From: Fistulifera solaris
Taxonomy: Eukaryota
Assembly (NCBI GenBank): GCA_030295235.1
Contig: AP026123.1
Span: 1,612,001 to 1,676,000, forward strand
Direction: 5' to 3'
Length of the DNA: 64,000 bases
The translations under genes were made by a program, and so were the position numbers. Each line of letters opens with the position of its first letter. The first letter of the stretch is position 1. Under the pieces are notes generated by a model. That model was given only the letters and a program-made list of their open reading frames with translations. It was not told the DNA's origin and did not search any database. Below are positions 10,023-22,548 of the stretch, one piece after another.

Positions 10023-11382
10023 TTAGTAGCTGCACGCATTCGTGTTGCGAGTGGCCTGAACTAGTGCATCTCGAGATTTACACCCCGCCAAACAACCTGC
10101 CGGGAATGTAGGGTCCTCGTTGACTGGAAGCGGAGTTTCCCCAAAACTCCACTGACACTCCTGCGTTACAAAATTGGGCGAGACGGTAAGCGGTAAGCCC
10201 AATTCTTGCTGGAAAAACTCTTGCGCCGGTATCTTGCATTGGTGCAAGCATAGACCCTGCATCCACTTTCCTGTAGGAATTTGCATTTTTCGACAATTAA
10301 GCCGCCAAGCTGCCCGTCTTTACGAAGATTGGGTCGTGATGGCCCCACCAAGAAGCCAAAGAACGTGGGCGTGACAAACGATGTAAGCCATGGCGCGTAA
10401 AACCATGGGCCCAGCTGCTTTCCATCCATGTCTGTCCCGAGTTTCGGAACAAAACCCGACATGAAGATTCGGTAAAATGGAGGTAACACAGGAGTCATTA
10501 AATTGCCCAGAGTGGATTTCACCATCGTATGCTGCGCTTCAGCTGTTCTTGTAGCATGAATTTCTGACCCTGTTCGAGGAGCCCTTGGATGCCCGCCTTC
10601 GTACTCGATACTCCACCCGTGTTCTTCTCCACAAAATTACGAAAGAGCCAAAGAAGAAACTGATCCAGAGCACTTTCCGTGTATACCATATCTTCCAACT
10701 CACAATCGGCTATTAGTGGCTCACCACGGATACTTCTTACTTGAACGAACGCGTCGACATTGTCGCCTTTTACTGCATCTTTGTAAGGTATATCTTGCAC
10801 ATTGGGCAGTTGAATTCTCGGAATGCGACTGGGACTCAAGAAAGATGCTGTCGCTACGTAAGCATTGTAATCGCAACGTAGCAATTTTCCCAATAACTGA
10901 TAGCGCCGAAATTCGAGCACCTTTCGTCGCAACGACAAATTTCGCGACAGGAGTTCCTCTTGGACTTTCAGTTGATCAATATCATCGCACACTTTTAAAA
11001 TAGTATCTACGGTCGCCGATGAGTCCGGTTGTACCAAGGTACCCATCGCAACGCCTATGCACTCTAACACCTCCTCTGCTTCGGCAAATAAGCTTCCCCA
11101 AGCGGACGATGTATAAATTTTGTCGGCCAAGTCGATGGCTGCTGTAGCACTTTCGGCTAGCTCAAGAGCCGCTTTTTCGGATATAGAGGAGGCTGGTGAT
11201 TCCTGCGAGTCATTTCCTTGAATGCTTTCGAATAAAGAAGAAGTACGATACGATGGTGCGATGATACGATAGACAGTCATCGGCGGAAGTGTTTGAAAAC
11301 TCCAAGACGGGTCGGCGAGCAATATTAGCGCCGCTAAGCATGTCGTTGTCATCCGCCATTGACTGCATCTTTGCCGAATCAT
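10023..11382 (-). CDS. Beta-carotene isomerase D27-like (DUF4033) protein, probably plastid-targeted; frameshifted
   Basis: FFGFLVGP, VEKCKFLQESGC, CLHQCKIPAQEFF..LGLPLTVSPNF..QECQWSFG spread across three frames. Signal peptide ends SWS-F. Confidence 0.85.
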
Positions 11383-11740
11383 CTTTGAATCAGTACAACC
11401 GGCGGGGGGCTTCTATTTCTGTTGTTGTTATTTTTTTGAAATTTTCTTTATACCTTTGCATTGCCTCAAGACATCGTTCTTTGTGTGTCAGAAATGAAGA
11501 CAATAACCGGCACTTTTGTCGCTCCGCTTTGATCTCCTGTGACGTGTTCTTCAAGTTCGCGGACGAACGGATGAATGTCGGACCACATGTCGCACAGAAA
11601 CTAAGAGCATGAGTTGCACTTACGTAATAAAAACGTACCGGTTCTAAATCGCATCGGCGGATCTCCGACGAAAAACGCACGCACAAAAACCATGCAAAAA
11701 CACAAAACAAAAGCGTCATTCATTCCGTCTACAACACAAG

Positions 11741-12741
11741 ATGAAATCCTTCGACTGCTTTCTCTTGACAGTTTTTCTATTCATTAAATCTTTCACTCAC
11801 GCACTCTCATCACCGAACACCACTATGAAGCGGATTTTGGTAACGGGAGGCAACAAGGGTATAGGAAAAGCGATTTGTGAACGCCTTTTACAGGAATGGG
11901 ACAACACGCACGTCATTCTAACCGCACGAAACGCGGAGCGTGGCAAATCCGCCGTGGAGGACATTATCAAGACGCTCAATTGTTCGCCGGAACGGATCGA
12001 ATTTTTGGAAATGGATGTATCATCCGACGAGTCTGTCAAGGCTGCTGGTGCTGCCTTTGAAAAGATGAGTGCAGGGACTGCTCTCGATGGAATCATCAAC
12101 AACGCCGGTGTAAGTAGCAGAACCAAGTATCTCCACATGCCATGCTGTCACAGCCAACTCACTGTTCTTATAGATTGGATGGGGGTATTCGACCGAAGAA
12201 ACGGTGAATACAAATTACTTTGGGGTGCGTCGGGTGAACGACGCATTCGGAAAATTTCTCAAACGACCGGGCGGTCGTATCGTCCATATTGCCAGTGCTT
12301 CCGGTCCCAATTTTGTCGCGGATTTGGCGAAAAACGATCCTTTGCGCAAAATATTGGGTCAACCTTGGACGATCGAGGGTAGCGGAGCGGAACGAGTCGC
12401 ACTTTTGGATCAATTAGCTAAGGAAACGAAAACCAACAATGGCTACGGCGTAGGCAAAGCATTCCTCAATGCATACACTCATGTGTTTGCCCGAATGAAC
12501 CCTGATCTGGTCATCAATAGTTGCACACCAGGATACATTTTGACAGACATTACGAAAGGAATGGGTGCGTCGAATCCCTCCTTCCAAGGGGGCCGTCCCT
12601 CCGTGCTGGTTAATGATGGATGAAAGTATTGCCGAAGAGCCGACCGGTCGGTACTATGGTAGCGATTGCGTGCGATCACCTCTCGATGTTTACCGAGGAC
12701 CAGGAGACGCTCCCTATATCAATGATGAAGATGCGAAGTAG
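11741..12741 (+). CDS. Short-chain dehydrogenase/reductase (carbonyl reductase-like)
   Basis: TGGNKGIG, INNAG, YGVGK (YxxxK) and CTPGYILTD. Intron at 12110-12173; frameshift near 12580. Confidence 0.9.
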
Positions 12742-12802
12742 TGAAATTGAAAAAGTACGTCTATTATGCGATATCAAGCGAATATTAAGGAACCCTCTCG
12801 AC

Positions 12803-14656
12803 CTATTGGTATGGCTGGGTGCTGTTTTCTGATGCTGCTCCAGTGGTGATCGTCTCGATGGCTTCCATGATCTCCTTCAAATCTTCTCCGTTTACATCAG
12901 TTCCATTGACATCGGTCTGATTCGTCATTGTCTCAATCTCATCCACTATTTCTCCCTCTCGTTCGACCAACTCATCCAACTCCTCTACTTTTTCTTCCAA
13001 GTCAAACGCCGTAGCACGTAATCGCTCGTCTGCCAATACATCGCGGCGGATTGTATCACACAGAATAGATAATCGAAGAGACCCCTGAAAGGGATCTTCA
13101 ATCGCGTACCCGATTTCGTAAACACCTGTATGGATGATCAAGCCTCATGAGCAAACAGCATCTTTTTCCTTGCCGTACAATCAACACTTACCGAAAAGTA
13201 ACCAAGACATGACGAATAATACAGGACCTGTAAACAGTCGTAGATCTTTGACAACAGCAAAAGGAAACGAGAAAAGCCAAATGGTCAGCGCCCGTAATGT
13301 ATGGCGGGCGTAGTTCAGGGAACCACGGTTTGGTGAATGCGTTCTGCTCCGCCTATACACGCGGACAGCTTATTTGTGATTGCAATGAGAGCCAGACGCT
13401 CACGCGCAGAAAACTTAGGACCATCCGGAACGTCTCGAAGCTCCCTGGCCATGCGGTCGCAAACCTTGAATGATGAAAGGAGGCGAAGTGAGCGAACGTG
13501 CAACAGTTGTTTTATTTCACAACCTGTCGGGTTTAACTTACCCACAAAGGACGATTCTGAGCTTTAGCGCAATATTCTAACGCCTCGCCCGGTAATAATC
13601 TCCAAGGCAGTGTACGCTTGTCCACCCAATAGAGAGGGCGCGTTTTGCGGCGACTCTGTCCTAACTCTTCTTCATTTTTTGCTACGATTGCAGCTTCCGG
13701 GTCGGTATCTCGTGGTCCATTGTCTTGATACAACAGGATCGTATTCTCAGGATCACGTTCATACTCCTCGTCGTCCAATCTGCGCATTACCAAGTTCGGT
13801 CGAATCCTATGGCGCAGGAGGTATGGGAAAGCAGCGAGGAGTCGTTGAATTCTTCTGCGTTTATCGATCCCAATTTCATTTTCATAAAGCATGCACATTC
13901 GATAAAGATCCCGTGCATTGTTGATGATTGTTTCCCATATTTTGCGGCCTTCGGCAAAACGTTGATAAGCGGAATTCGTTCGAAAAACCAGCAATAATCC
14001 CAAGGCACTCATTGTAAGCGAATGGGGAGCAGCAGGAAAGTACATGTGAGATGCAGCTTCAGCGCTCTTTCGTAGCAATTTTTCATGAAGAATGGCAAGA
14101 AAAGTTCCCCAAGATGTTACTACCAATACCGGGCTCATGATATCTCGAAGAATTGCGGAATTTAATAACGTGATTGTGTTATGAAACCAATCACGGCTCG
14201 AGTATCTGGATTAATTGTCAAATGGGTTGTGAAGTCAAGACCGTTCGAACTTAGCATACGTAAAAAAAACAGTTGTACGCACCTATCGCTTCGCGGAACA
14301 CCTCCCAACTCTTCTGCTTCTCTCATGATAACTTTGTTAGTTCCCCGTAACCGCTTTCCTCCTGACAGCCATCCGAGCCAAAGTCCTACCCCCGAATTGT
14401 TTTCGTCGTCGTCCACATTCTCATCGTCTTCGTCCTCTTTTGTTCGAAACATCGGAAGAATACTGGAACATGGAATTAACCCAGAAAGCGCTAATATCTC
14501 TGTGCTTTCATTCCTTAGTTTCGATTTCTTGGGGTAATTTAGAGTCGGTTGTATAGGCACAAATGCCGAAGTCGTTGCCAACACGGTAGATACAGTCAGT
14601 AATCGTAGAAGAGAAAGATCCGTTCGCCGCCGATGGGATGCTGATTTGTTCTGCAT
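12803..14656 (-). CDS. Bestrophin-family (UPF0187/VCCN-like) anion channel, plastid-targeted, multi-exon
   Basis: LGLLLVFRTNSAYQRFAEGRKIW, GGAERIHQTVVPLNYARH and EIGYAIEDPF. Signal peptide followed by TSA-FVP. Confidence 0.9.
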
Positions 14657-15385
14657 TGTGAACGCGAACATTTTGCGCCCAGTAAATACAGATTACAAGA
14701 CGAAGAATTAAGTAGCTGTGGCTCACGAGGAAGTGAATTGCCGAATGAATAGGTGAATAAGAAAGAGAATGGGCTCCATGCAACCATCGTAAAAACGCGA
14801 AGAAAAAATTCGAACCACAAGCCGGCACGAGGCACCGCAACAGAGCGCGCGCCGTGCACGGCGAACAGTATTCCGTTGAGTAAGTAGGAGTATTTCTTTT
14901 AATAAAAACAATACCGGTTTATTTTCAACGGAATTCACAACTGATTTCCGCGGTCTAGGGGCTGGACTGCCAAGATTGGATCATTTTGTCGTCCGTGTCA
15001 TCGACGCGACGGACGAGGAACGAGGCAAAAACGAAATGAACGTGACAAAGTTTCATCATTCAAGGCTTCTTCGATGAGCAGTCAACCATGGACATGGAGA
15101 AAGACTAGAGCCGTTAGTTTTCTCACGCTTAAAGCGGAACCCATAACCTCAATATAGAGATAACAATTAGGCCGTCGCGACGATGAATGAAAAGCCCGAG
15201 GATCGAACGGAAAGTCGACGACGGCAATCACACGGAATGCCAAAGGTTCATGAGATGTCAGCGCAACTCTTTTCTTCAACAATGGAGACCAAAAGACAAT
15301 TAGAAAGAGATATCAATGAGATAAGATCAGCCTCTACGGACTACGTGTCGATTTCTCATGTTGCGGCGATCACCAAAAAGTTAAG

Positions 15386-18300
15386 ATGTCACGGGATGAT
15401 TCGGGCAAACTTGCCTCCGTTAACCCGGCCGCCGCGATCGGCGACAGTGACAGCGATAGCGATGTTGAATTTCTTTTCACTCTTCCATCTGAGCCAAATG
15501 AGTCAGAAAGTACGAGTAAGCCCGTGGAAACACAACAATTCGACCAGGAGGCGAGCCGTGCATCGAGAGATACAACCGAGTACACCAATTCCGTGCCGTC
15601 ATACACACACGCATCATCAGCTTACGTACAAAACTTGGCGGAAATATGCTACACCATAATGCATGATGCTAGATGGCGCACAATGGAAAACGATACATTA
15701 TTTCGATGGGAACAGGGCGACGACCTCAGTATTGTCAAAGAACTCTCGAGGTATTACGAGGGAACTGTGAAGACCGGATGTGGACTTTGTCGATGTAGAG
15801 AAAGGGGCGAAACAGCCTTTGAGTCTCATAAAGCCATAAAGCAAAGCGAAACATGGCCCGATCCTGACGAGGCCAGGGCCATTCATCTCTATTGTCGCTT
15901 GTACTACAGAAAAGGTCCGTGGTTTCGGATCGATGACATTTACAAAAGATACTATGCACACGGAGCTAAGCGTGCGACTGGCGATATCGACCGATCAACT
16001 GATGCGGAGACGAAAGAAAATACACAACAAGGAGGTCCAGCAGAGCAGCAGAATTTACAACACGACAGAAAGAATTCAAATTTACCTGGTGTCGACTCTT
16101 TTCAACAGCATCAATTGGACGGAAGTAAGAATGGAATAGACTTACTCATTGGTGATCTGTGTTGGCTAGTTGCGGCTGGTTATATTCGTGGGTTTGAGAG
16201 TGAAGAAGAGTGCGGAAAAACTGTTGGGCGATTTTTGCTGAGAAGCGACGAGAGGACGGTTGTTCTTTCCAAGTTAGGAGCCAAAACGAAGACCAAGGGA
16301 GCGCGATCATCTAGCGCTTGTACCGCTAATGAAATATGGACGCAGATGCAGCAGCAAAAGAGCTTATGGTCTCATTTTCAGCCAAGGAATGCAAAACAAT
16401 CCTCCTTGTTACCAGTGAGGAAGCATGTGGATGAGATTATATATCAGCAAGTGACGAAATGCGTGATGCAGTCACATAGCATAGCTGAGCATACGCGAAC
16501 TTTGACGCTCCGAACCTTTGGAGACGACGTGCTGAAGCATGTACGAGAAGTTTTTCGAAGATCTAGCCGAGAGGCTCGAATCGAACAAATGAGTGGTTTA
16601 ACCTGCATTCGGCTGAGAGAAGCGCCTTTGAAGACGTTGAAGAGGATAGTCAGACTTTATCTCTGTGCTTCAGAGGGCCCCGGTCAGATGCGAGGGGATG
16701 GCAGCAACGGATGGTATAGTATTGATGCCAGAGGCTCTTTACCTGATCTCCCACTGACTCCGTCGATTGATGCGAACTGGCATCGCATAAACTACCCAGG
16801 TTTAATGGTGCGATTCGGTCGAGCTTCTTCATTGTTCTCGAAAGCTTTTCAATCCATAAGCACAGAACTCTGCAGCGACCACAAAAAAGACGAAGAAGTC
16901 TCTTCTATAAGGATTTTCGGCTCCGCGGATGCATTTCAAATTTGGGAAACTACAGCAGAACTCCGTGCAAATGTCGATTACCTTATCGAATTGAACGAAA
17001 TAATACGTTACAATAAACGAAAAATAGATCGCGGCGATAAGACTTCACTGTCGCTGCCCTCGCTCACCGATACAGACGTTGACTTTATCGGAATCTCGGA
17101 CAAAAACGTTCGTAGAAACGTTGTTTTTAGATTTTTGAGAGCTTGTCGAGTTTCGGATCAGAGGGCCGAAGATACGCTTATCAGAATTGAAGAGGATTTA
17201 AACGGAAGTCTTCCTTCGGTGAAGCTTTGTTGCGAGAGGGTCTTACATACTATTGGGGTGACCTGCTTGCATCTTCTTTGTTTACGGCATGCATCAATTG
17301 CGACAGCTGATGTATATCGGATCACTCAGCGTCCATGGCTACGGCATCTGACTTGGGAAAGCTGCATGGCTTCCCTACTTTGGGACATTCACCCCTATTT
17401 TGAGAGGAATAACTGTTATCGACTTGCTTTGTTGTCTCTTCAGATGCTTGTTTTTGGAAAAATTGATGACAAGCTGTCATTAGTCTATCCTGAAGCCCCA
17501 TCGCCACTGGCACCACATCTTATATCACGCCGCGCAAGAGGAAAAGCATTCGACAGGATCGTAATAGATTTCACTCATTATACACGGAAGGCCACCAGCG
17601 TGAAAGATGAGAACGAAATTCCTCAAAAAGAAACATTGTCGCTGTTGTCGAGAAAAGTCACGTGTTTTACAAATGCTGTGATCCGGGACGCTTTATCGTC
17701 TTCCTCAATTTCTTTTGGATCAATTAGGATCCTTGCAAAGCGTCTTCGCTGTCCGCTGTCAGAAACAGTTGCCCGTTCAATTCCCATGGAAGCCAGTGAG
17801 CTTGGTCTTCGTCTAGATAATGACGACATTGAAGATTCCTCGAAGAAATGCTACAGAGACTGGTCACCACTAACAGACCGATCGGTAGCAAACGCCATCC
17901 TATCTGATCAGTCAATCCCAGGACGATGCTCTTTTGTAGGACATGAAGACGGCGGAGTCCTAAGTCAAGCTGTTTCCTCGATGAATGTTGAAGAGCTTGC
18001 TATTGAATCTTACCGGAGTGGTCGGTTACCAGTACAGTCAGACGACGCTGCAATTACCGGCGGAGGATTCCACGGTTGGCATGATGAAGGAGGTCGAGTT
18101 CGAGCATTATTTCGAATTCTATGCTCCAAGAATGTACTGCGCATGAATTGGGGCGAATCTTTTGTTATGACGAGTTCAAACTTCGACCATTATACTGTTC
18201 ACCTTTCTCCGTATCAAGGGGCGCCGTTCGATTTGCACGTTGGTCATGGAAAGCAAACAAATGCTACAAGCTTCTATTCTCGAAGGAAGAAAGAAATTGA

Positions 18301-19036
18301 CCAGTTTCTTAGTATGTTGCAGACGCTTACTTGCCAAGAGGTTGCTGACCTCGTTTATGACGAAGTGAAGGCGCATCTGGATTGGTCTATACAACATAAG
18401 ACGAACGATCCACAACTCATCAGAGATCTCTTGCAACTAAGAACTCTCTCGGCTCTTGCTGCTGGTCTCGGCGGTATGCAACTTGCTGCAATCTTTCGCT
18501 GCTTGTTCTTCGATTATCGCTATTATAGCGGAGGCTTGCCCGATCTGCTACTCTTCAGAGCGGCTTACGAAGATTCCAAGAGCCTTGAGCTGGTTGAATT
18601 GAGTGAATGGATTGGTGAAGAGTTTTCGAAGGACCGACAGGCAACAATCGCTGAAAAGATAGGAGCGAGCTTCCTTCTAGACCGCGATGATGAATTTCTA
18701 GGCTGCAGCAAAACAGGGGACTCCGCAGGACAAGGCATTCAGTCAACTCGACAAGGGAGAGGAAATTCGGAGAAGCTTGACTCGATTGATCCATTGCGGA
18801 TGTCATCATCAAAAGATATGCTTCCGGAAAGACTTATTCTCTCGCACAATAGTCGGAAAGTAAAAATTGACTGCATGATGGTAGAAGTAAAGAGCGCCAA
18901 TGATCGCCTTGATCCCCGGCAAGAAGATTGGTTGAATATTCTCGACCGTCACGGCAAGGCAAGAGTTTGTAAATTCGAGAAGTCCTCGAAAGCCAAGAAG
19001 ACAGAGGATAATGGTGATTCTAGATGCGAGGAATAG
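15386..19036 (+). CDS. FAN1: Fanconi-associated nuclease 1 (VRR-NUC domain)
   Basis: 1216-aa ORF with LYCRLYYRKGPWFR, NVEELAIESY, GWHDEG, YQGAPFDL, YSGGLPDLLL and VEVKSANDRLDPRQEDW. Confidence 0.9.
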   Translation: MSRDDSGKLASVNPAAAIGDSDSDSDVEFLFTLPSEPNESESTSKPVETQQFDQEASRASRDTTEYTNSVPSYTHASSAYVQNLAEICYTIMHDARWRTMENDTLFRWEQGDDLSIVKELSRYYEGTVKTGCGLCRCRERGETAFESHKAIKQSETWPDPDEARAIHLYCRLYYRKGPWFRIDDIYKRYYAHGAKRATGDIDRSTDAETKENTQQGGPAEQQNLQHDRKNSNLPGVDSFQQHQLDGSKNGIDLLIGDLCWLVAAGYIRGFESEEECGKTVGRFLLRSDERTVVLSKLGAKTKTKGARSSSACTANEIWTQMQQQKSLWSHFQPRNAKQSSLLPVRKHVDEIIYQQVTKCVMQSHSIAEHTRTLTLRTFGDDVLKHVREVFRRSSREARIEQMSGLTCIRLREAPLKTLKRIVRLYLCASEGPGQMRGDGSNGWYSIDARGSLPDLPLTPSIDANWHRINYPGLMVRFGRASSLFSKAFQSISTELCSDHKKDEEVSSIRIFGSADAFQIWETTAELRANVDYLIELNEIIRYNKRKIDRGDKTSLSLPSLTDTDVDFIGISDKNVRRNVVFRFLRACRVSDQRAEDTLIRIEEDLNGSLPSVKLCCERVLHTIGVTCLHLLCLRHASIATADVYRITQRPWLRHLTWESCMASLLWDIHPYFERNNCYRLALLSLQMLVFGKIDDKLSLVYPEAPSPLAPHLISRRARGKAFDRIVIDFTHYTRKATSVKDENEIPQKETLSLLSRKVTCFTNAVIRDALSSSSISFGSIRILAKRLRCPLSETVARSIPMEASELGLRLDNDDIEDSSKKCYRDWSPLTDRSVANAILSDQSIPGRCSFVGHEDGGVLSQAVSSMNVEELAIESYRSGRLPVQSDDAAITGGGFHGWHDEGGRVRALFRILCSKNVLRMNWGESFVMTSSNFDHYTVHLSPYQGAPFDLHVGHGKQTNATSFYSRRKKEIDQFLSMLQTLTCQEVADLVYDEVKAHLDWSIQHKTNDPQLIRDLLQLRTLSALAAGLGGMQLAAIFRCLFFDYRYYSGGLPDLLLFRAAYEDSKSLELVELSEWIGEEFSKDRQATIAEKIGASFLLDRDDEFLGCSKTGDSAGQGIQSTRQGRGNSEKLDSIDPLRMSSSKDMLPERLILSHNSRKVKIDCMMVEVKSANDRLDPRQEDWLNILDRHGKARVCKFEKSSKAKKTEDNGDSRCEE

Positions 19037-20093
19037 TAGACAATGCGTCAAGCTCCGCTTTTTCGTCAGAATCGCAGTTCTGGGATAACCCAACCCGCTG
19101 TCTCCATTCGCTACGTAGCTTGCGCATTCGTTCGTAATACGCCGCATGGAACATGCCGTCCGAGGCTGCATTGTAGGTGAGAAAAACGGCTCGTCTCGGA
19201 AAAGGAGACGAATTCGCAGACGATCGATGGGGCAACCAGCCGTTGAAGATTGCAATCGTCCCTCCAGGACACTCGAGGTCCTCAAAATTAAGCGTTTCAG
19301 CTATTTCAAGGGGAATAGCACCGGCTCTACCACTGGCATCCGGACTACCGTTTTCTTCGGGAAGAATAACTGCGCAAGCATTTTCTTCGCTCCACTCGCC
19401 TTTCGCTAATCGCAAACATCCATTGGAGGATGTCATGTTGTCGATAGCAACCATGACTGTAACAAAGTCTTTGGGGCCATTGTCACCAAGAGCAATTCGC
19501 AAGGAAGGATTGTCAAGATGCGGCGCGAATCCGCTTCCACCTGGAGGTTTTAGATTTAGCTTTTCCTTGTACAAAACTTGTGGCATCCCGAGAGCAGCAG
19601 AAACACATCTTCGCAAATAGTTATTGCAAAGAATATCCCAGTCCTTTTGTGAATCAACAAAGTTCTCTAATCTTGTCAACTTCCGCCGCTCTTCAATGAT
19701 GGATTCTCCACTCGACTTATCATTCGTCAAGACTTGAATTGTTTCATATGTTTTGTCCATCACCCTGCTATCCGAAGACCAAACTAATTCTTCCGTCAAT
19801 TTCCTCATGATAAAAGCTGGGATAGACAACTCGGGGGGAAATACGCACACCGACGTAATCTTGTACTGTTCTTTTAAGTCGTATGTATCCACAATTTGTT
19901 GTATAAAGTCATCCGATATATCCCCAAGAGCTTCTACGCTCTCCTTCGACGGAAGCTCTCCATCGTCACCACAACTGCTGTCGTCCTTGACGTCGAGGGA
20001 AGTGATGCCTAACAATTCACGGAGTGCCTCGTCAGCACTTGCCATGGTCTCCTCGTCACTGATGTATTCTAGTAGGGCATGGCTTTCCTTCAT
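19020..20093 (-). CDS. Phytanoyl-CoA dioxygenase-family Fe(II)/2-oxoglutarate dioxygenase
   Basis: LYKEKLNLKPPGGSGFAPHLD (HxD), NGCLRL and HRSSANSSPFPRRAVFLTYN. The start codon is uncertain. Confidence 0.88.
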   Translation of the reverse strand: MKESHALLEYISDEETMASADEALRELLGITSLDVKDDSSCGDDGELPSKESVEALGDISDDFIQQIVDTYDLKEQYKITSVCVFPPELSIPAFIMRKLTEELVWSSDSRVMDKTYETIQVLTNDKSSGESIIEERRKLTRLENFVDSQKDWDILCNNYLRRCVSAALGMPQVLYKEKLNLKPPGGSGFAPHLDNPSLRIALGDNGPKDFVTVMVAIDNMTSSNGCLRLAKGEWSEENACAVILPEENGSPDASGRAGAIPLEIAETLNFEDLECPGGTIAIFNGWLPHRSSANSSPFPRRAVFLTYNAASDGMFHAAYYERMRKLRSEWRQRVGLSQNCDSDEKAELDALSTIPRI

Positions 20094-20453
20094 TTTTAAG
20101 CCCCAACGTTTGCAAGCGTCAGGATTGCGTTCGATATTTGTCTCAATTGTTTCCTTTCTGTCGACATTCAATCCGCAAATGTCGTCGCGATTCGATTTTT
20201 GCGGACGAGACGAACTCAGCAAATGATGAGTGTCGCTGCGTAAACTATTATGTATAGATTCTTGTGTATCAAGAACCAGACGGGTGAAAAGCTAATTCTG
20301 TAAAACCTGTTCAGTGCTTCTGTATAGAGTATGAAGTAGATTACCTTTTCGGAGCGTCTCGCATGATGACCGCTTGATTGAAAAACGCTGTTGATCGCAA
20401 AATAAGCGCCACAGCCCCGCCCACAATCACTACCATAATAAACCTTTGGCATC

Positions 20454-21013
20454 ATGAAGAAGACTCCCGCCGGTGAAGTAGTTATCGTTCCTCGTAACTT
20501 CAAACTACTCGAGGAGTTAGAGAAGAGCGAGAAAGGCCATGGCGACATGTCAATCTCATTCGGGTTGGCCAAGTCCGACGATACTTTTCTCACGGAATGG
20601 AACGGTGGAATCCTCGGTCCTCTTGGGGTGAGTAAGTTGGCGCACAGAATAATGCTGTTGTTTTCTTGTTTGAAAGAAAAGCTCTAACAAATTTATTGCT
20701 ATGTTAATCCGCGGTGTGGCTATTTTACCGATTATCTTTTTGACAGACAACTTTTGTGGATCGATTCTACGAACTCCGAATTCATTGCCCCGAGGATTAC
20801 CCCGCCGTTCCGCCCAATGTACGTTTCGTGACAAAAATTAATATGAATTGTGTCGATAGCAAGACGGGTGTTGTTAGCCCCAGCAAATTGCCAGCCATCA
20901 AGAACTGGAACCGAAACATGGGTATTGAGCAGGTTTTGCAGTCTCTTCGCATGGAAATGTGCAGCGACGCGAACCGAAGGTTGCGACAGCCGGCAGAAGG
21001 TGGAACGTTTTAG
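20454..21013 (+). CDS. MMS2: Ubiquitin-conjugating enzyme E2 variant (2 exons)
   Basis: VPRNFKLLEELEKSEKG, WNGGILGP and YPAVPPNVRFVTKINMNCV. Intron at 20628-20746. Confidence 0.95.
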
Positions 21014-21070
21014 GAGTGTTCATTCATACTGTCAGAGCTGGGCATTTTTACTTTCCAACTTTTTAAATTA

Positions 21071-21883
21071 TCACACTAGGAGACCGTTTCTTATTCGATA
21101 GCGTTCAAAAGCTTCCTTCACCTTTTGTGCTCTCACTTCGTCCTTAGTTAGTTTCGACGCGCCTTCATCGAATCTTTCCACTACATGCTCAGCGAAACTA
21201 TCTCTATCGCTTCTCAAAGATTCTGGCCTATCTTGACTGTTAGCGGCTCCTTTCGTTTTGTCCTCATTAGAAGGGGCTGATTTGATGCTCTCGCTTTTAA
21301 CCGTCCCACCCAATGCTGTATTTTTGTTCAAATTCCCGTAAAAAGTCGCCATGCCTAGTCCTCCACCTTTCTTTGTAACATCGTTTTCTTCATCCTCTCT
21401 GCGCTGTTGCTCGTCTTGTGCAAGCCATAATTCACGCTCTTCCAACTTTTTCCGGTAAGCAGCAGTAACGAATTTTTCTTTTCCTCGGAAATCTTGCTCG
21501 TTTTCCTCTAATGCCTGCTCCCTGGCTATTTTCTTTTCGTAAACGATATCTCTTTCATGTTTCCGCTTCTTGGCTGCTTCCAAAAGATCCGCAATGTACC
21601 GACTTTTGCGATCATCGTCTTTGGCTTCTTCTTGTGCGTCAGCCGGATTTTTGTGAAAGGTTTCATAAGCACCATCGTAGTCAAAAACACTAGTATCCGT
21701 TATCTGCATCGCTTTTTGTGCTCGCATTTTCATCGCATCTTGCTCACTTCGCACCGCCTGGTTTACCCCAGATCTGGAAGATGGTTCGTCGTAATCGTCA
21801 TCCTCTCCAAAAACATTCGACTTGACCTTTTTCGATGGCGCCTTCTTTTTCGACGCTGCTGCGGAAGATATATTGATGTTCAT
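21071..21883 (-). CDS. NSRP1: Nuclear speckle splicing regulatory protein 1-like (CCDC55/DUF2040)
   Basis: SVFDYDGAYE, KSRYIADLLEAAKKRK, KEKFVTAAYRKKLEE and AFERY. Confidence 0.88.
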   Translation of the reverse strand: MNINISSAAASKKKAPSKKVKSNVFGEDDDYDEPSSRSGVNQAVRSEQDAMKMRAQKAMQITDTSVFDYDGAYETFHKNPADAQEEAKDDDRKSRYIADLLEAAKKRKHERDIVYEKKIAREQALEENEQDFRGKEKFVTAAYRKKLEERELWLAQDEQQRREDEENDVTKKGGGLGMATFYGNLNKNTALGGTVKSESIKSAPSNEDKTKGAANSQDRPESLRSDRDSFAEHVVERFDEGASKLTKDEVRAQKVKEAFERYRIRNGLLV

Positions 21884-22548
21884 GATAGCAATAGATTCCC
21901 CAACTTCAGAACTAGCTGATGTACAACGTACAACCCCATTGTTTGCGTTTCTGTGTTGACGTGCAAAAGTACGGTACCAAGTAAACTACCGGTAGCATGC
22001 CAAATTTTAGCTCAAACCCTAAGATGGCAATCTGACTCATGACGCCCACCGGCCTTCGACTGTAAAAGGTTAAGTAGTCTTGAGACGCTCTTTTCCTTTT
22101 GATGGTACTGAAGAAGCAGTCACGATCATGAATCACGATTTTTCAATTATGCTCAATGTCTACTTTATTTTATGAAGCAATTACAATAATGACTGCTTTG
22201 ATATTTTTATTTAAGGCTTAAGAAAATTTTTATATTGCCGTTTCTTATTCCTGTTTCAGATGCACGTAAATGCATACCCAACTTCGTACTTTGTGGACCA
22301 CAGACAAAAAGTCTAAGACATGTCCACGTTTTACCTTATCTCCACGCACCGCGCCACGAGCACCAAAATCATCACGGAGCGCACTTTTTCGCCCTCCCCA
22401 TCCCCATCAAACAGCTTCATTCATGATACTGAATACTTCGCACAAGCTTTAAAAAGCATTATTATTTATTCTTACCACGAAAGGCATCGACGTAAACGAA
22501 AGCAGCCCTTAGCAAATCAACGAAGTATTGGCCGCACGACAACTCGCC

